A stretch of DNA of 64,000 nt, from assembly GCA_031359795.1 (NCBI GenBank), contig JANMAM010000021.1, positions 8,542 to 72,541 on the forward strand, written 5' to 3'. This DNA comes from Gemmatimonadaceae bacterium. GTDB lineage: Bacteria; Gemmatimonadota; Gemmatimonadetes; Gemmatimonadales; Gemmatimonadaceae. Below the pieces are notes generated by a model. That model ran no database searches and was not told the DNA's origin. It was given only the letters and a program-made list of their open reading frames with translations. Made by a program: the position numbers and the translations under genes. The first letter of the stretch is position 1. Each line of letters begins with the position of its first letter. This document shows positions 10,459 to 20,094 of this stretch, one piece after another.

Positions 10459-12078
10459 ATGCGATCGTCCGGCCCCCCGTCGCGCGTCGCCGCCCTCTGG
10501 CGCGCGACCTTCGCTCTCCGCGTGCTTCAGGCCGGAGCGCTCCTCGTCGTCCTCGCCGCGTCGCCCTACAAGCAGTTCGAGCTCGATCGCTTCTTCGTGC
10601 CGAAAGAGCTGGTGCTCCATGCAGTGGCAATGCTCGCGTCGCTGGCGCTGCTCGTCCAGACTCGGCGACTCGGTCTCGCCCGGGTCGACCAGTTTCTTGC
10701 GGCCTTCCTGGGCGCCGGCCTGCTCTCGGCGCTGTTCGCCCCGAATTGGTGGTTGACCGGACGCGCAGTGGCCGTGTCGCTCTCCGGCGCCGCCTGCTTC
10801 TGGGCCGCGCGGACGGTGGCCCGTGCCGGACTGGCGAGGCGTCTCGTTGGTGTCATCGCCTTCGCCGCCATCCTTGGCGCGGTGACAGCGCTGCTGCAGG
10901 CCTATGGGGTCCGGAGCGAGTACGTGAGCCTCAACCGCGCACCGGGTGGCACCTTCGGTAACCGCAATTTCATGGCGCACCTGGGGGTGATCGCCGCCCC
11001 GGCACTGGTGCTCGTCGCGCTGACGGCGCCCAATCGCGGGTCATTCGCGCGCTGGTCCGCCGGCAGCGGGCTCCTCGCGGCAGCGCTGTTCCTCTCGCGG
11101 AGCCGCGCGGCCTGGCTCGCGCTCATCGCTTGCGCGATCGCGGCCGTACCGTTAGGGATCGTGGCATTGCGCGGCGCCGGCGCCGCACTCCGCTGGAGTC
11201 GCGTGGTCCTCGTCGCCGCCGCTGCCGCAAGCGGGATCGGCCTGGCGCTGGTGCTCCCGAACACCCTCGACTGGAAAAGCGACTCTCCCTACCTCGACAC
11301 GGCGAAGAGCGTCGTCAACTACAAGGGGGGCAGTGGACGTGGACGGCTCGTCCAATACGGCAACACGCTCCGCATGGCGTCGCATCACCCGCTGCTCGGT
11401 GTCGGCCCGGGCAACTGGCCCGTCGTCTATCCGAAGTTCGCGTCGCGCGACGACCCGTCGCTTGCCGGCGATGGAATGACCGCCAACCCATGGCCGAGCA
11501 GTGACTGGATCACTTTTCTCTCGGAACGGGGGCTGGTTGCGTTCGTGCTCCTCGCGCTCGCGCTCGTTTCGCTGGTCGTGGACGGGGTCCGCGGGCTGGG
11601 CGCGAGTCGATCCCCGGAGGACCGGCTCAGCGCCGCCGCGCTGCTCGGCACCGTCGTCGTGCTCCTCGTCGTCGGCAGCTTCGACGCGGTCCTGCTCCTG
11701 CCGGTGAACGCGCTCATCGCCTGGTCGCTGCTCGGTGCGCTCTCCCCGCCGGGACGCGAGCGCGTCGCGGCCGACCTGTTCGCCGTTAGGCGGCTCGGCC
11801 TCATCGCGGCCGTCCTCCTGCTCGGCGGAATGGCGCTCTGGCGCAATGCGATCCAGGCCGCGGCGATGGACCTGTTCAGCAGTTCGTCGCGGGCGAGCGT
11901 CGTCGAGGCGGCGTCGACGCTTGATCCAGGGAGCTATCGCATTCATGTTCGTCTCGCTCGTGCCTATGTCGATCGGGGGAGCTGCACGAAGGCCCGACCG
12001 CACGCTCGCGCCGCACGGTCGCTGTTCCCCAACGCCGCCGAGCCGAAAGGGATACTGTCTCAATGCGGCGCCCGCTGA
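10459..12078 (+). CDS. O-antigen ligase (Wzy_C) family membrane protein with C-terminal TPR-like tail
   Basis: Polytopic membrane protein with GNRNFMAHLG and FLSRSRAAWLALIA motifs typical of the O-antigen ligase/Wzy_C family. The ATG at 10459 is preferred over the GTG at 10423. Confidence 0.7.
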   Translation: MRSSGPPSRVAALWRATFALRVLQAGALLVVLAASPYKQFELDRFFVPKELVLHAVAMLASLALLVQTRRLGLARVDQFLAAFLGAGLLSALFAPNWWLTGRAVAVSLSGAACFWAARTVARAGLARRLVGVIAFAAILGAVTALLQAYGVRSEYVSLNRAPGGTFGNRNFMAHLGVIAAPALVLVALTAPNRGSFARWSAGSGLLAAALFLSRSRAAWLALIACAIAAVPLGIVALRGAGAALRWSRVVLVAAAAASGIGLALVLPNTLDWKSDSPYLDTAKSVVNYKGGSGRGRLVQYGNTLRMASHHPLLGVGPGNWPVVYPKFASRDDPSLAGDGMTANPWPSSDWITFLSERGLVAFVLLALALVSLVVDGVRGLGASRSPEDRLSAAALLGTVVVLLVVGSFDAVLLLPVNALIAWSLLGALSPPGRERVAADLFAVRRLGLIAAVLLLGGMALWRNAIQAAAMDLFSSSSRASVVEAASTLDPGSYRIHVRLARAYVDRGSCTKARPHARAARSLFPNAAEPKGILSQCGAR

Positions 12079-12193
12079 GTCATCGAGCGGAGGAACATCG
12101 GGCCGCCGCCGTTCGCTAACTGCTTGCCTCTCATCGCTAACCGCCCTCATGGCCAGCCCGTCGGCCTGATGCCTGCATGCACCGCGCTCGTCC

Positions 12194-14419
12194 ATGACCG
12201 ATCTGACCGTTAGGCAGTCCTCGCTTTCCGATCCGGCCCGCCTCGATGCGCTCCGGCGCTCGGCGCTGCTCGACAGCCCGGCCGAGGCCGCGTTCGATCG
12301 CCTCACGAAAATTGCAACCCAGATGCTCGGGGTGCCCGTTTCGCTGGTGTCGCTGGTGGACGGCGACCGGCAGTTCTTCAAGAGCGCCGTCGGGCTGCCC
12401 GAGCCCTGGGCCACCCGGCGCGAGACGCCGCTCAGTCACTCGTTCTGCCAGCACGTCGTTCGCGAGGTGATGCCCCTCGTCGTCAACGACGCGCGACTCG
12501 ACCCGGTGCTGGCGTCGAATCTGGCCGTGAGCGAAATCGGCGTCGTCGCCTACGCCGGCATCCCGATCGTCACCAGCGACGGGCAGACCCTCGGCAGCTT
12601 CTGCGCGATCGACTCGAAACCGCGCCAGTGGACCGAGCGTGAGATCACGATCCTTCGCGAGCTCACCGCCCTGGTCGTTTCCGAGATCGAGCTGCGTGCC
12701 GCGTTGGCCCTCGCCGACGAGTTGGCCCGGCAGAACGAACAGGTGCAGCGAACGCTGAGCGAGACGGCCGCCAAGTTCCGCGGGATCTACGACGGCGCCG
12801 GGGTCGGGATCACGATCACCACGCCGACCGGCGACATCCTCGACTGCAATGCGGCCTACGAGGAGCTGACTGGGTATACGCGACAGGAACTGTCCTCGCT
12901 CAACTACGCGGCCTACACCCACCCCGACGACGCGGCGGTGCAGCAGCCTCTGCTCCGCGAACTGATCGCGGGAACGCTGGCGCAGGTCCAGCTCGACAAG
13001 CGCTACATCAGGCGGAGCGGACAGATCATCTGGGGGCGGATCACGGCCACGATCACGCGGCACCCAACCGGTGAGCCCTGGTTCCTCGTCGGGATCGTCG
13101 AGAACATCACGGCTCGCCGCCGCGCCGACGACGCGCTGCGGCTGCTCGCCGAGGCGGGCGCCGTGCTCTCGTCATCACTCGAGCTGACCGAGACGATCCA
13201 GCGCGTGGCGCAGCTCGCGGTGCCGTCGCTCGGCGACGCCTGCATCGTCGACGTGTTCGACGACGATGGGAGCGTGCTGACCGCCGTCGCGCACGTGCGC
13301 CCCGAACAGGCCGACGCGATTCGTCAGTTGCGCGAGCGGTTTCCGTTGCGCACCGACACCGTCCGCGGTCCGATCGCCGATGCGGTCTCTGCGCTCCGGC
13401 CGCAGGTAGTCGAATTCATCAGCGACAAAGTCCACGCGGCAATCGCGCGGGACTCCGATCATCTCGCCTTGCTGACGACGGTGAACCTGCGGTCCGCGCT
13501 GTACGTCCCGCTGCTCCAGCACGGGCGGGCAATCGGCGTCATAACGTTCGCGTCGGAGTCACACCAGTATTCCGCGGACGATGTTCCCTCGGTCGAAGAG
13601 CTGGCCCGGCGGGCCGTGCTCGCGCTGGAGAACGCGCGCCTCTATGAAGAGGCGCGCCAGGCCACGCGTGGACGCGACGAGGTGCTCGCCGTCGTCTCGC
13701 ACGACATGCGCAACCCGTTGCATACGATTCTCCTCGGCACCGGCGCCGCAATCGAGATCCTCCCCGACGATTCCCCCGTCCGGAAGACCCTGGAGTCCGT
13801 GCGCCGCGCGGCCCTCCGCGGCGAGCGGCTCATCCGCGATCTGCTCGACGTCACCCGCCTCGAAAGCCACCGGTTGCAGCTCGAGCGCGACGACATCGCC
13901 GTTTCGGAACTGCTCAGCGAAGCCGCCGACAGCGTGTCGGCGACCGCACGCGAGCAGGGCGTCACGCTCAGCGTCGCGGGCGACGCCGAGGGAAAAGTGA
14001 GCGTCGACCGGTATCGCGCCCTGCAGGTGCTCGACAATCTCCTCTCGAACGCGATCAAGTTCACCGGGCGGGGTGGGCACGTGAGCATCGGCGCCCGCCG
14101 CGCCGACAGCGATGCGCAGTTCTGGGTCGCCGACAATGGCCCCGGGATCCCGCTCGAGCAGCAGCAGTTCATGTTCCGCCGATTCTGGCAGTCCCGCCGC
14201 GCCGACCGCCGTGGCATCGGCCTGGGCCTGACGATCGCGAAAGGCATCGTCTCTGCCCACGGCGGCCGCATCTGGCTCGATAGTGAACCGGGCAAGGGAA
14301 CCACGTTCTGGTTCACACTTCCGGTCGCGGCATCGCCTGAGCCGCGATCCGAGGCGGCTGCCGCGCCGGGGTCCTCTCACCGCGAGAGTGCCGGGACTGC
14401 TGCCGAGCTCCGTGCCTGA
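12194..14419 (+). CDS. GAF-PAS-GAF sensor histidine kinase
   Basis: GAF-like N-terminus (VSLVSLVDGDRQFFKSAVGL ... AYAGIPIV ... GSFCAID), then a PAS domain (GITITTPTGDILDCNAAYEELTGY) and a second GAF. H-box VVSHDMRNPL is present, and HATPase boxes NLLSNAIKFT, DNGPGIP and GIGLGLTIAKG. Confidence 0.9.
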   Translation: MTDLTVRQSSLSDPARLDALRRSALLDSPAEAAFDRLTKIATQMLGVPVSLVSLVDGDRQFFKSAVGLPEPWATRRETPLSHSFCQHVVREVMPLVVNDARLDPVLASNLAVSEIGVVAYAGIPIVTSDGQTLGSFCAIDSKPRQWTEREITILRELTALVVSEIELRAALALADELARQNEQVQRTLSETAAKFRGIYDGAGVGITITTPTGDILDCNAAYEELTGYTRQELSSLNYAAYTHPDDAAVQQPLLRELIAGTLAQVQLDKRYIRRSGQIIWGRITATITRHPTGEPWFLVGIVENITARRRADDALRLLAEAGAVLSSSLELTETIQRVAQLAVPSLGDACIVDVFDDDGSVLTAVAHVRPEQADAIRQLRERFPLRTDTVRGPIADAVSALRPQVVEFISDKVHAAIARDSDHLALLTTVNLRSALYVPLLQHGRAIGVITFASESHQYSADDVPSVEELARRAVLALENARLYEEARQATRGRDEVLAVVSHDMRNPLHTILLGTGAAIEILPDDSPVRKTLESVRRAALRGERLIRDLLDVTRLESHRLQLERDDIAVSELLSEAADSVSATAREQGVTLSVAGDAEGKVSVDRYRALQVLDNLLSNAIKFTGRGGHVSIGARRADSDAQFWVADNGPGIPLEQQQFMFRRFWQSRRADRRGIGLGLTIAKGIVSAHGGRIWLDSEPGKGTTFWFTLPVAASPEPRSEAAAAPGSSHRESAGTAAELRA

Positions 14420-14422
14420 CGA

Positions 14423-17200
14423 TCAGCCCGTATTCCGCAGCCCCTGCGCGACGCCGTTGAGCGTCGTCGCCAGTGCTTCAGTCACGCGCGCCTGCGTCGC
14501 CTCGTCGTCGCCACCCGCCCGTTTGCGGGCGAGCAGCGCGATCTGCAATACCGACAGCACGTCGACGTAGGGATTCCGCACCGCGATCGCCGAGCGGAGC
14601 ACCGGCGATTCGATCAGCACCTCGTTCGTTCCGCGAATCCGGAGCAGCCATTGAACGGTCAGCTTGAATTCCGCCTCGAGCCGGGCGAAGAGCTCCCTGT
14701 CACCGCCTAACCGTTCCACGTAGGCCCGGGCGATGTCGAGATCGGTCTTTGCGCACACCATCTCGATCTTGGCGACCATGTCGTCGAAGAACGGCCAGAC
14801 CTTCGCCATCCGCTGCAGCAATGCGAGACCGTCGGGGCGCGAACCGAGGTCGGCGAACGCGGTGCCGACGCCAAGCCAGCCGGGGAGCATCAAGCGGATC
14901 TGTGTCCAGCCGAATTGCCAGGGGATCGCGCGGATTCCCTCGATTCCCTTTTTCGCGCCCGGACGGTACGCAGGCCGCGAGCCGAATCGCGCGCCGGCAA
15001 GCTCGCCGACTGGCGTCGCTTCGAGGAACAGGTCGAAGAGTGCATCGTTCTCGTGCACCATCTCGCGATAGAGCTCGAGCGACCGCGCCGAGAGCTCGTC
15101 CATCGTCGTGGCAAAGCGGGCGATCTCTTCGACAGGGACACCGCTGCGCCAATCCATGAACTCGTGCAGCAGCGTCCCGGAGAGCGTGACCTCGAGCGTA
15201 CGCTCGGCGATCGGCGCGAGACCAAACTGCTGCGAGATGATCTCGCCCTGTTCGGTGATCTTGAGCGAGCCGCCTGAAACGTTAGGCGGCAACGCCGCCA
15301 GCGCCCGATAGACCGGTGAGCCGCCGCCTCGTCCGACGCTTCCCCCGCGCCCGTGGAAGAGCTGGAGCTCGATGCCGGCGTCACGGAACACATCGTTGAG
15401 CTTCTGCTGTCCGCCGTAGAGTGCCCAGGATGACGCGATCATTCCGGCATCCTTTCCGGAATCGGAGTAGCCGATCATCACTTCCTGCCGGCGCCCGCGT
15501 GCCGCGAGCTGCCGCGAATAGACCGCATCGTTGAAGAGCGTGCGCATCACCTCGGGTGCCTTTTCGAGATCGCCTAACGTCTCGAACAGCGGCACGACGT
15601 CGATCCGCGACACCGGCGGCTCGGCCGCGAGGTCGACGAGGCCCGTTTCGCGCGCGAGGAGCAGCACGCGGAGCAGGTCTTCGGGCGTCCGCGCCATCGA
15701 GATGATGTACGTCGACGCCGCTGCCGGGCCGGACTCGTCCTGGATCGTCCCGATCGCTCGCATCGTATCGAGCACCCGCACCGTCGCTTCGGCAAGCGGA
15801 AGGCGCGCGCCAACGAGCGGCCGGCTTCCCCGCAGCTCCCGGCGCAGCGCCTCGCCGTCAAAGATCGGGAGGCCGACATGGCCGGCGATGTCGGCCAGCG
15901 CGGCGTCGTGCGCGTCGGCATGGTCGCGGACGTCGAGCGCGTAGCCGTGAAAGCCGTGCGCCCGGACGAGGGCGAAGAGCGGATCGAAGCTGGTGCGGCA
16001 TGCTTCGGTCGCGCCAGCGGCGATGAGGTAGTCGCGCGCAAGCCGAAGGTCAGCCTCGAACGCGGCGACGTCGGGATACGCCGCCGGCTCTGCCGCCTCG
16101 CGCCCGGCGTCGCGTGACGCGACGAGTCGCCGCGTCGCGTCCAGGCGCGCGCCAACGAAACTCAGCTTGAGTCGCAACGGCTCGTCCGCGTTCCGCCGGT
16201 GGTTGGTGGCCCACACCGCCGGGAGCGCCTGATGGTCTTCCTCGATCGAAGCGAGCAGCTGGGGCGTCGGGACAGCGATCTCGGAGCCGATCGACAGTTT
16301 TTCGACCAGCTCATCGATGCCCTGCCGATAGCGGCCGAGGATGACATGGCTCGCGCGGCGCGCGGCGGCGAGCGTGGTTTCAGGGGTGACGAAGGGGTTC
16401 CCATCGCGGTCGCCTCCGACCCACGAGCCAAACCTGATCGGCACGGTGAGGCGGAGGGTCTCGTCGGCACGCCCGAACTCTTCCTCAAAGGCGCGCACGA
16501 CGGCGTCGTGTGTTCGCGCGCTCGCGTCGAGAAGGCGCGTCTCGAGATACCACTGCACCGTGCTCACCTCGTCGAGCACCGTCGGGCGATCCTGGCGGAC
16601 CTCGGGCGTCAGCCAGAGCAGCTCCACCTCACCCTCGAGCGCGTCCTCGATGGCGCGGCGCTCCGCGGCCGAGCTGAACTCGCGCCGGAGGAGAAGGTCG
16701 GCAACTCGCGCTTGCAGCCCGAGCAGCGTGCGCCGGGTGGACTCGGTCGGATGGGCCGTCAGCACCGGGCGGACGTTGAGCCGCGCGAGCGCCTTGGCGA
16801 CATCAGCGCCCGACCGCCCCATTTCACGGAGACGACGCATCGTCCAGCGCGCCGATGCCGGCTGCGGGTTGTCGTCGTCGCGCCGCAAATACGTGTTGCG
16901 CCGGCGCACTCGATGGACCTGTTCGGCGGTGTTGATCAGCAGGAAGAACAGCGTGAAGGCGCGGGCGGCGAGCGCGGACAGTTCGACCGGCAGCTCACCG
17001 ACCCGGGAGACCAGCTCGTCGAGTGTCGGCGCGTCGGCCTCCCCGTGCCGCCGGGCGCGCCCCGCCTGGCGAAGCTCTTCGACCGTCCGCAGTGCTTCAT
17101 CTCCCTCCAGCCGCTGGATGACTCGCCCGAGTGTCCCGGCGAGCCAGCGGACGTCCTCGTGCAGCGGCTGGTCCTGCGGGCGAGTCGGCGGAGATGTCAT
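14423..17200 (-). CDS. ppc: Phosphoenolpyruvate carboxylase
   Basis: Signature motifs VLTAHPTE, VMIGYSDSGKDAG and FHGRGGSVGRGGG, with the C-terminal GLRNTG. The start is moved to the ATG at 17198-17200 (MTSPPTRPQD), giving 925 aa. Confidence 0.95.
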   Translation of the reverse strand: MTSPPTRPQDQPLHEDVRWLAGTLGRVIQRLEGDEALRTVEELRQAGRARRHGEADAPTLDELVSRVGELPVELSALAARAFTLFFLLINTAEQVHRVRRRNTYLRRDDDNPQPASARWTMRRLREMGRSGADVAKALARLNVRPVLTAHPTESTRRTLLGLQARVADLLLRREFSSAAERRAIEDALEGEVELLWLTPEVRQDRPTVLDEVSTVQWYLETRLLDASARTHDAVVRAFEEEFGRADETLRLTVPIRFGSWVGGDRDGNPFVTPETTLAAARRASHVILGRYRQGIDELVEKLSIGSEIAVPTPQLLASIEEDHQALPAVWATNHRRNADEPLRLKLSFVGARLDATRRLVASRDAGREAAEPAAYPDVAAFEADLRLARDYLIAAGATEACRTSFDPLFALVRAHGFHGYALDVRDHADAHDAALADIAGHVGLPIFDGEALRRELRGSRPLVGARLPLAEATVRVLDTMRAIGTIQDESGPAAASTYIISMARTPEDLLRVLLLARETGLVDLAAEPPVSRIDVVPLFETLGDLEKAPEVMRTLFNDAVYSRQLAARGRRQEVMIGYSDSGKDAGMIASSWALYGGQQKLNDVFRDAGIELQLFHGRGGSVGRGGGSPVYRALAALPPNVSGGSLKITEQGEIISQQFGLAPIAERTLEVTLSGTLLHEFMDWRSGVPVEEIARFATTMDELSARSLELYREMVHENDALFDLFLEATPVGELAGARFGSRPAYRPGAKKGIEGIRAIPWQFGWTQIRLMLPGWLGVGTAFADLGSRPDGLALLQRMAKVWPFFDDMVAKIEMVCAKTDLDIARAYVERLGGDRELFARLEAEFKLTVQWLLRIRGTNEVLIESPVLRSAIAVRNPYVDVLSVLQIALLARKRAGGDDEATQARVTEALATTLNGVAQGLRNTG

Positions 17201-17366
17201 GGTGTCAGCGAGAGATGGACGACGTTGCCCGATCTGGTCGAGGCAGAATCTAGCCTGCCGCTGTCGATTCTGACGCGGCACCGCCTTTGCTTCTCACACC
17301 AACATGACGGCGCCGCATGGCGTCGCGAAAGAGTCTCATGGTGGACCGCAGCATGTCGCAGGCAGC

Positions 17367-17936
17367 ATGTCGTTGAAGCGCGTGTCGCTCTCGCAGCCCC
17401 AGCGCGCACTGGCCCGGTGCGCCGGAGCGCCACTTCCCGATACCGGCACATTCATCGGGGTCGCGCTGCTCGTCGTGCTCGGCGACCTCGTTTCCAAGGC
17501 GATGGCGGTCGGCCTCTGGAGCGACGAGCGCTATCCCCTCCTCGGCACCCGCCTGCTGATCCAGGTCGTGCACAACCCGCTCGGCGCCTTCAGCACGTCG
17601 TACGGCGCGCACACCTTCGAGATCAACGCGTTCGCGACGATCGTCGCGGCGCTGCTCGCGGCCGCGGTCGTTCCCCGGCTCGCGCGGCTCGACGCGCTGG
17701 CGCCGAGTGGACTGGGGCTCGTCGCCGGTGCAGCGTTAGGCAACCTCGCCAGCATGATGACGTCGCCGAGCGGCGTTCCCGACTTCCTCGCCGTGTCGCA
17801 CGGACAGGGCTCCGCGCTCGTGCTGAATCTCGCCGACGTCGCCGCCTACATCGGACTGGCGTGCTGCGCGCGAATCGCCTGGTCGGTCACCCGCGCGGCC
17901 TGCGCGGCCGCGCGAAGTCACCAGCGATCGTCATAA
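17367..17936 (+). CDS. lspA: Lipoprotein signal peptidase (signal peptidase II)-like membrane protein
   Basis: VHNPLGAFS resembles the LspA N-x-G-A-F motif. GAALGNLASMM ... VPDFLAV ... LNLADVAAYIGL resembles the C-terminal LspA blocks. It has four hydrophobic segments. The start is uncertain (17304 or 17367). Confidence 0.55.
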   Translation: MSLKRVSLSQPQRALARCAGAPLPDTGTFIGVALLVVLGDLVSKAMAVGLWSDERYPLLGTRLLIQVVHNPLGAFSTSYGAHTFEINAFATIVAALLAAAVVPRLARLDALAPSGLGLVAGAALGNLASMMTSPSGVPDFLAVSHGQGSALVLNLADVAAYIGLACCARIAWSVTRAACAAARSHQRSS

Positions 17937-17947
17937 CGGCGCCGCGG

Positions 17948-19222
17948 TCAGGGACGCGGCTTCGCCTGTCGCGTCTCACCGGAGCTGGCCGGGGTGGTGG
18001 AGCTCGTCCCCGAGGACGTCGACCCAGCGCTCGCCGAGCCAGCGGCGGGCGTGCGGGTCTCGGCCGGCGGCCGCGACGTGGTGGCTGCCTGCGGGTCGCG
18101 CTGATATCCCCGTCCGTTCACGACGCGGCCATGGCCAGCTGTACCGCCGTTGCCCCGGACGATCACGACCGGCGGCTGGTAGACGTATCCACCATAGCCA
18201 TAGCCGTACCCCGAGCCGTACCCGTAACCCGAGCCATACCCGTACCCGCGCAGGCCAATGCCGTAAAGCAGCGGATCGTAGCCTAACGGTCCGTATCCGT
18301 AGGGATAGCCGCGGTTGTAGCCGAACGGATCGATCCGCGGTGCGTTGGCGTAGCCCCGCGAGCCATTCGGACCTGCACGCGACGCGAGGAGCGCCGACCG
18401 GTCGAAGACGAACTTGCCGGGGTACGAGAGCGCGATCATCAGGTCGGTGATGCGCCCCGGCACCCCCGCATTCGCGAGTGCGAGGAGATGCGCTGCGTCG
18501 ACGCTGAACCGTTGTCCGCGCTCGACCAGCCAGGCCTCCACCACCAGCGAGTCAGTGTTGTGCACCGCGTCGACGATGTCGGCGCCGGTGAGCGACCCGG
18601 CGATCGCGGCCCGCGCCGCCGCCACCGGGATCGCGTCGCTCGAGAGGACTTGCGCGCTGTCGAGCGCGACACCGGCCGGCGCGCGAACGCTCTCGTAACG
18701 GGCGATGCGAACGGACTTTGTCCCCGCGCTCGTGATTTCGCGGATGTCGAGCAGCTGGCCAGTCGCCGACATTGTGAGCATGCCGCTCGATGTCTGCGAT
18801 ACCCCGCTCGCGCACCGGTACTCCGAGCCCAGATAGATGCGACGGCCGTCAACCGACCAGTTGGCCCGCTCCCACCCATCGCAGCCGTCGCGAGTGCGCG
18901 CAACCCGCGAATCGGCGGCATCGATCGTCTCGCGTGCGGCAACGGCGCCAGCCGCAACGGTCAGGAAGTCGACCGATGTCGCAGTCGCGGACGGCACGAT
19001 GCACAACGTCGGCAATCCGGCGTCGCGGGCTCGCGCCGCCATCCATTCGGTGTAGCTGTCGGCCGACGCCGGCGACACCGGTTGCCAGCAACCGAGCCAC
19101 CCCTGCCATCGCGCATCCGGCCCCACGCGTTGAGCGGCCAGCGGCGACGCGGCGGTGATCGCGATGGCCAGCAGCGCAAGCGCGAGGGGGACGCGGCGGC
19201 CTGTCATCGTCGTTCCAGTCAT
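17948..19222 (-). CDS. Secreted protein of unknown function with Gly/Tyr-rich repeat and Ser/Thr/Pro-rich tail
   Basis: Signal peptide MTGTTMTGRRVPLALALLAIAITAASPLAAQ, with AGGA 8 nt upstream of the ATG at 19220-19222. The C-terminal part reads GYPYGYGPLGYDPLLYGIGLRGYGYGSGYGYGSGYGYGYGGYVY and is followed by an S/T/P/A-rich tail. I recognise no family. Confidence 0.6.
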   Translation of the reverse strand: MTGTTMTGRRVPLALALLAIAITAASPLAAQRVGPDARWQGWLGCWQPVSPASADSYTEWMAARARDAGLPTLCIVPSATATSVDFLTVAAGAVAARETIDAADSRVARTRDGCDGWERANWSVDGRRIYLGSEYRCASGVSQTSSGMLTMSATGQLLDIREITSAGTKSVRIARYESVRAPAGVALDSAQVLSSDAIPVAAARAAIAGSLTGADIVDAVHNTDSLVVEAWLVERGQRFSVDAAHLLALANAGVPGRITDLMIALSYPGKFVFDRSALLASRAGPNGSRGYANAPRIDPFGYNRGYPYGYGPLGYDPLLYGIGLRGYGYGSGYGYGSGYGYGYGGYVYQPPVVIVRGNGGTAGHGRVVNGRGYQRDPQAATTSRPPAETRTPAAGSASAGSTSSGTSSTTPASSGETRQAKPRP

Positions 19223-19235
19223 GAAAACCATCCTG

Positions 19236-19988
19236 TCAGAACCTGACGTTGAGGCCGACCGTGATGCCGATATCGGAAAGATCGATGCCATCGAAGCCTG
19301 TAAAATCCTCACCCAGTTGCGCCTTCGCCCAGGTGTACCGCGCCTCGCCATTCAGCGCCAGACGCGGGGTGAGCGAGTAGTCGAAGCCAGCGAGTGCATT
19401 CGCCGTCGGCGTCCAACCAGACGACTCGAATGCATCGGGGAAGACGTCATTCGTCGCGAAGTCGATGAAATCCCCGGTCTGTCGGAAACGATACCACATC
19501 ATCCCGCCCCCTGCACCGACATAAGGCACAACCTTCGTCGGAATCCAGGCGAACTTGCCAATCGAGCGTCCCGGCGAGACGAGATAGAGCCGCGCCCCTG
19601 CCGTCAGCGGGACGCGGGCGAGGGTCGTGGTCTGCTCGATTGGAAGGTCGTTGAGGTCCACGAAACGCCGGAATTCCGAGAGCTTCTTCGATCCGGAATA
19701 GCCGACGCCGAAGTCGAGATCGAGCCGGGGCGCGATCCTCACCAGCAGATCGCCCGCGAACGCCGGGGCGCGAAAGTCTCCCTTGCTCAGCGTGAACTGA
19801 TCGGTGAGGAAGGAGTAGAGGTCTCCCCCGGCGGTGGTCGCCGCAAGGCCGCCGCGGATGACGAAGGCGCCAATCGGGCGCTGGAAGAGGAATCCATCGC
19901 CGGCCCCCTGGGCACGAAGCCGGCCCGGTACCAGCATCGCCGCGGACGCGGCTGCCGAGGCAAACACGATTCGCCCGGACCAGCGCAT
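19236..19988 (-). CDS. Outer-membrane beta-barrel protein
   Basis: It has a signal peptide (ASAAASAAMLVPGRLRAQG), an alternating hydrophobic pattern, and a terminal ...ITVGLNVRF ending in Phe, as in OMP beta-signals. It lies 13 nt upstream of the Gly/Tyr-rich protein gene. Confidence 0.7.
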   Translation of the reverse strand: MRWSGRIVFASAAASAAMLVPGRLRAQGAGDGFLFQRPIGAFVIRGGLAATTAGGDLYSFLTDQFTLSKGDFRAPAFAGDLLVRIAPRLDLDFGVGYSGSKKLSEFRRFVDLNDLPIEQTTTLARVPLTAGARLYLVSPGRSIGKFAWIPTKVVPYVGAGGGMMWYRFRQTGDFIDFATNDVFPDAFESSGWTPTANALAGFDYSLTPRLALNGEARYTWAKAQLGEDFTGFDGIDLSDIGITVGLNVRF

Positions 19989-20094
19989 GGAGACCTTGCC
20001 TTTTCAATGGGAGACCTGAGGTACCGTTAGGACGCCTCGATGTTCCGCCCCACAGGAATACGAACTCGGGAGCGAAACCGTTGGCGGCGGACCC

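Noticed and set aside
10342-10980. The N-terminal 213 codons of the 3192-aa track ORF.
   Set aside because: They overlap the divergent Wzy_C-like gene, have shadow-like composition, and the conserved NdvB N-terminus starts after them.
16199-18286. A 695-aa + strand ORF spanning ppc, the lspA-like gene and the next gene.
   Set aside because: It is a shadow ORF. It crosses three well-supported genes, is extremely Arg-rich and shows no domain pattern.
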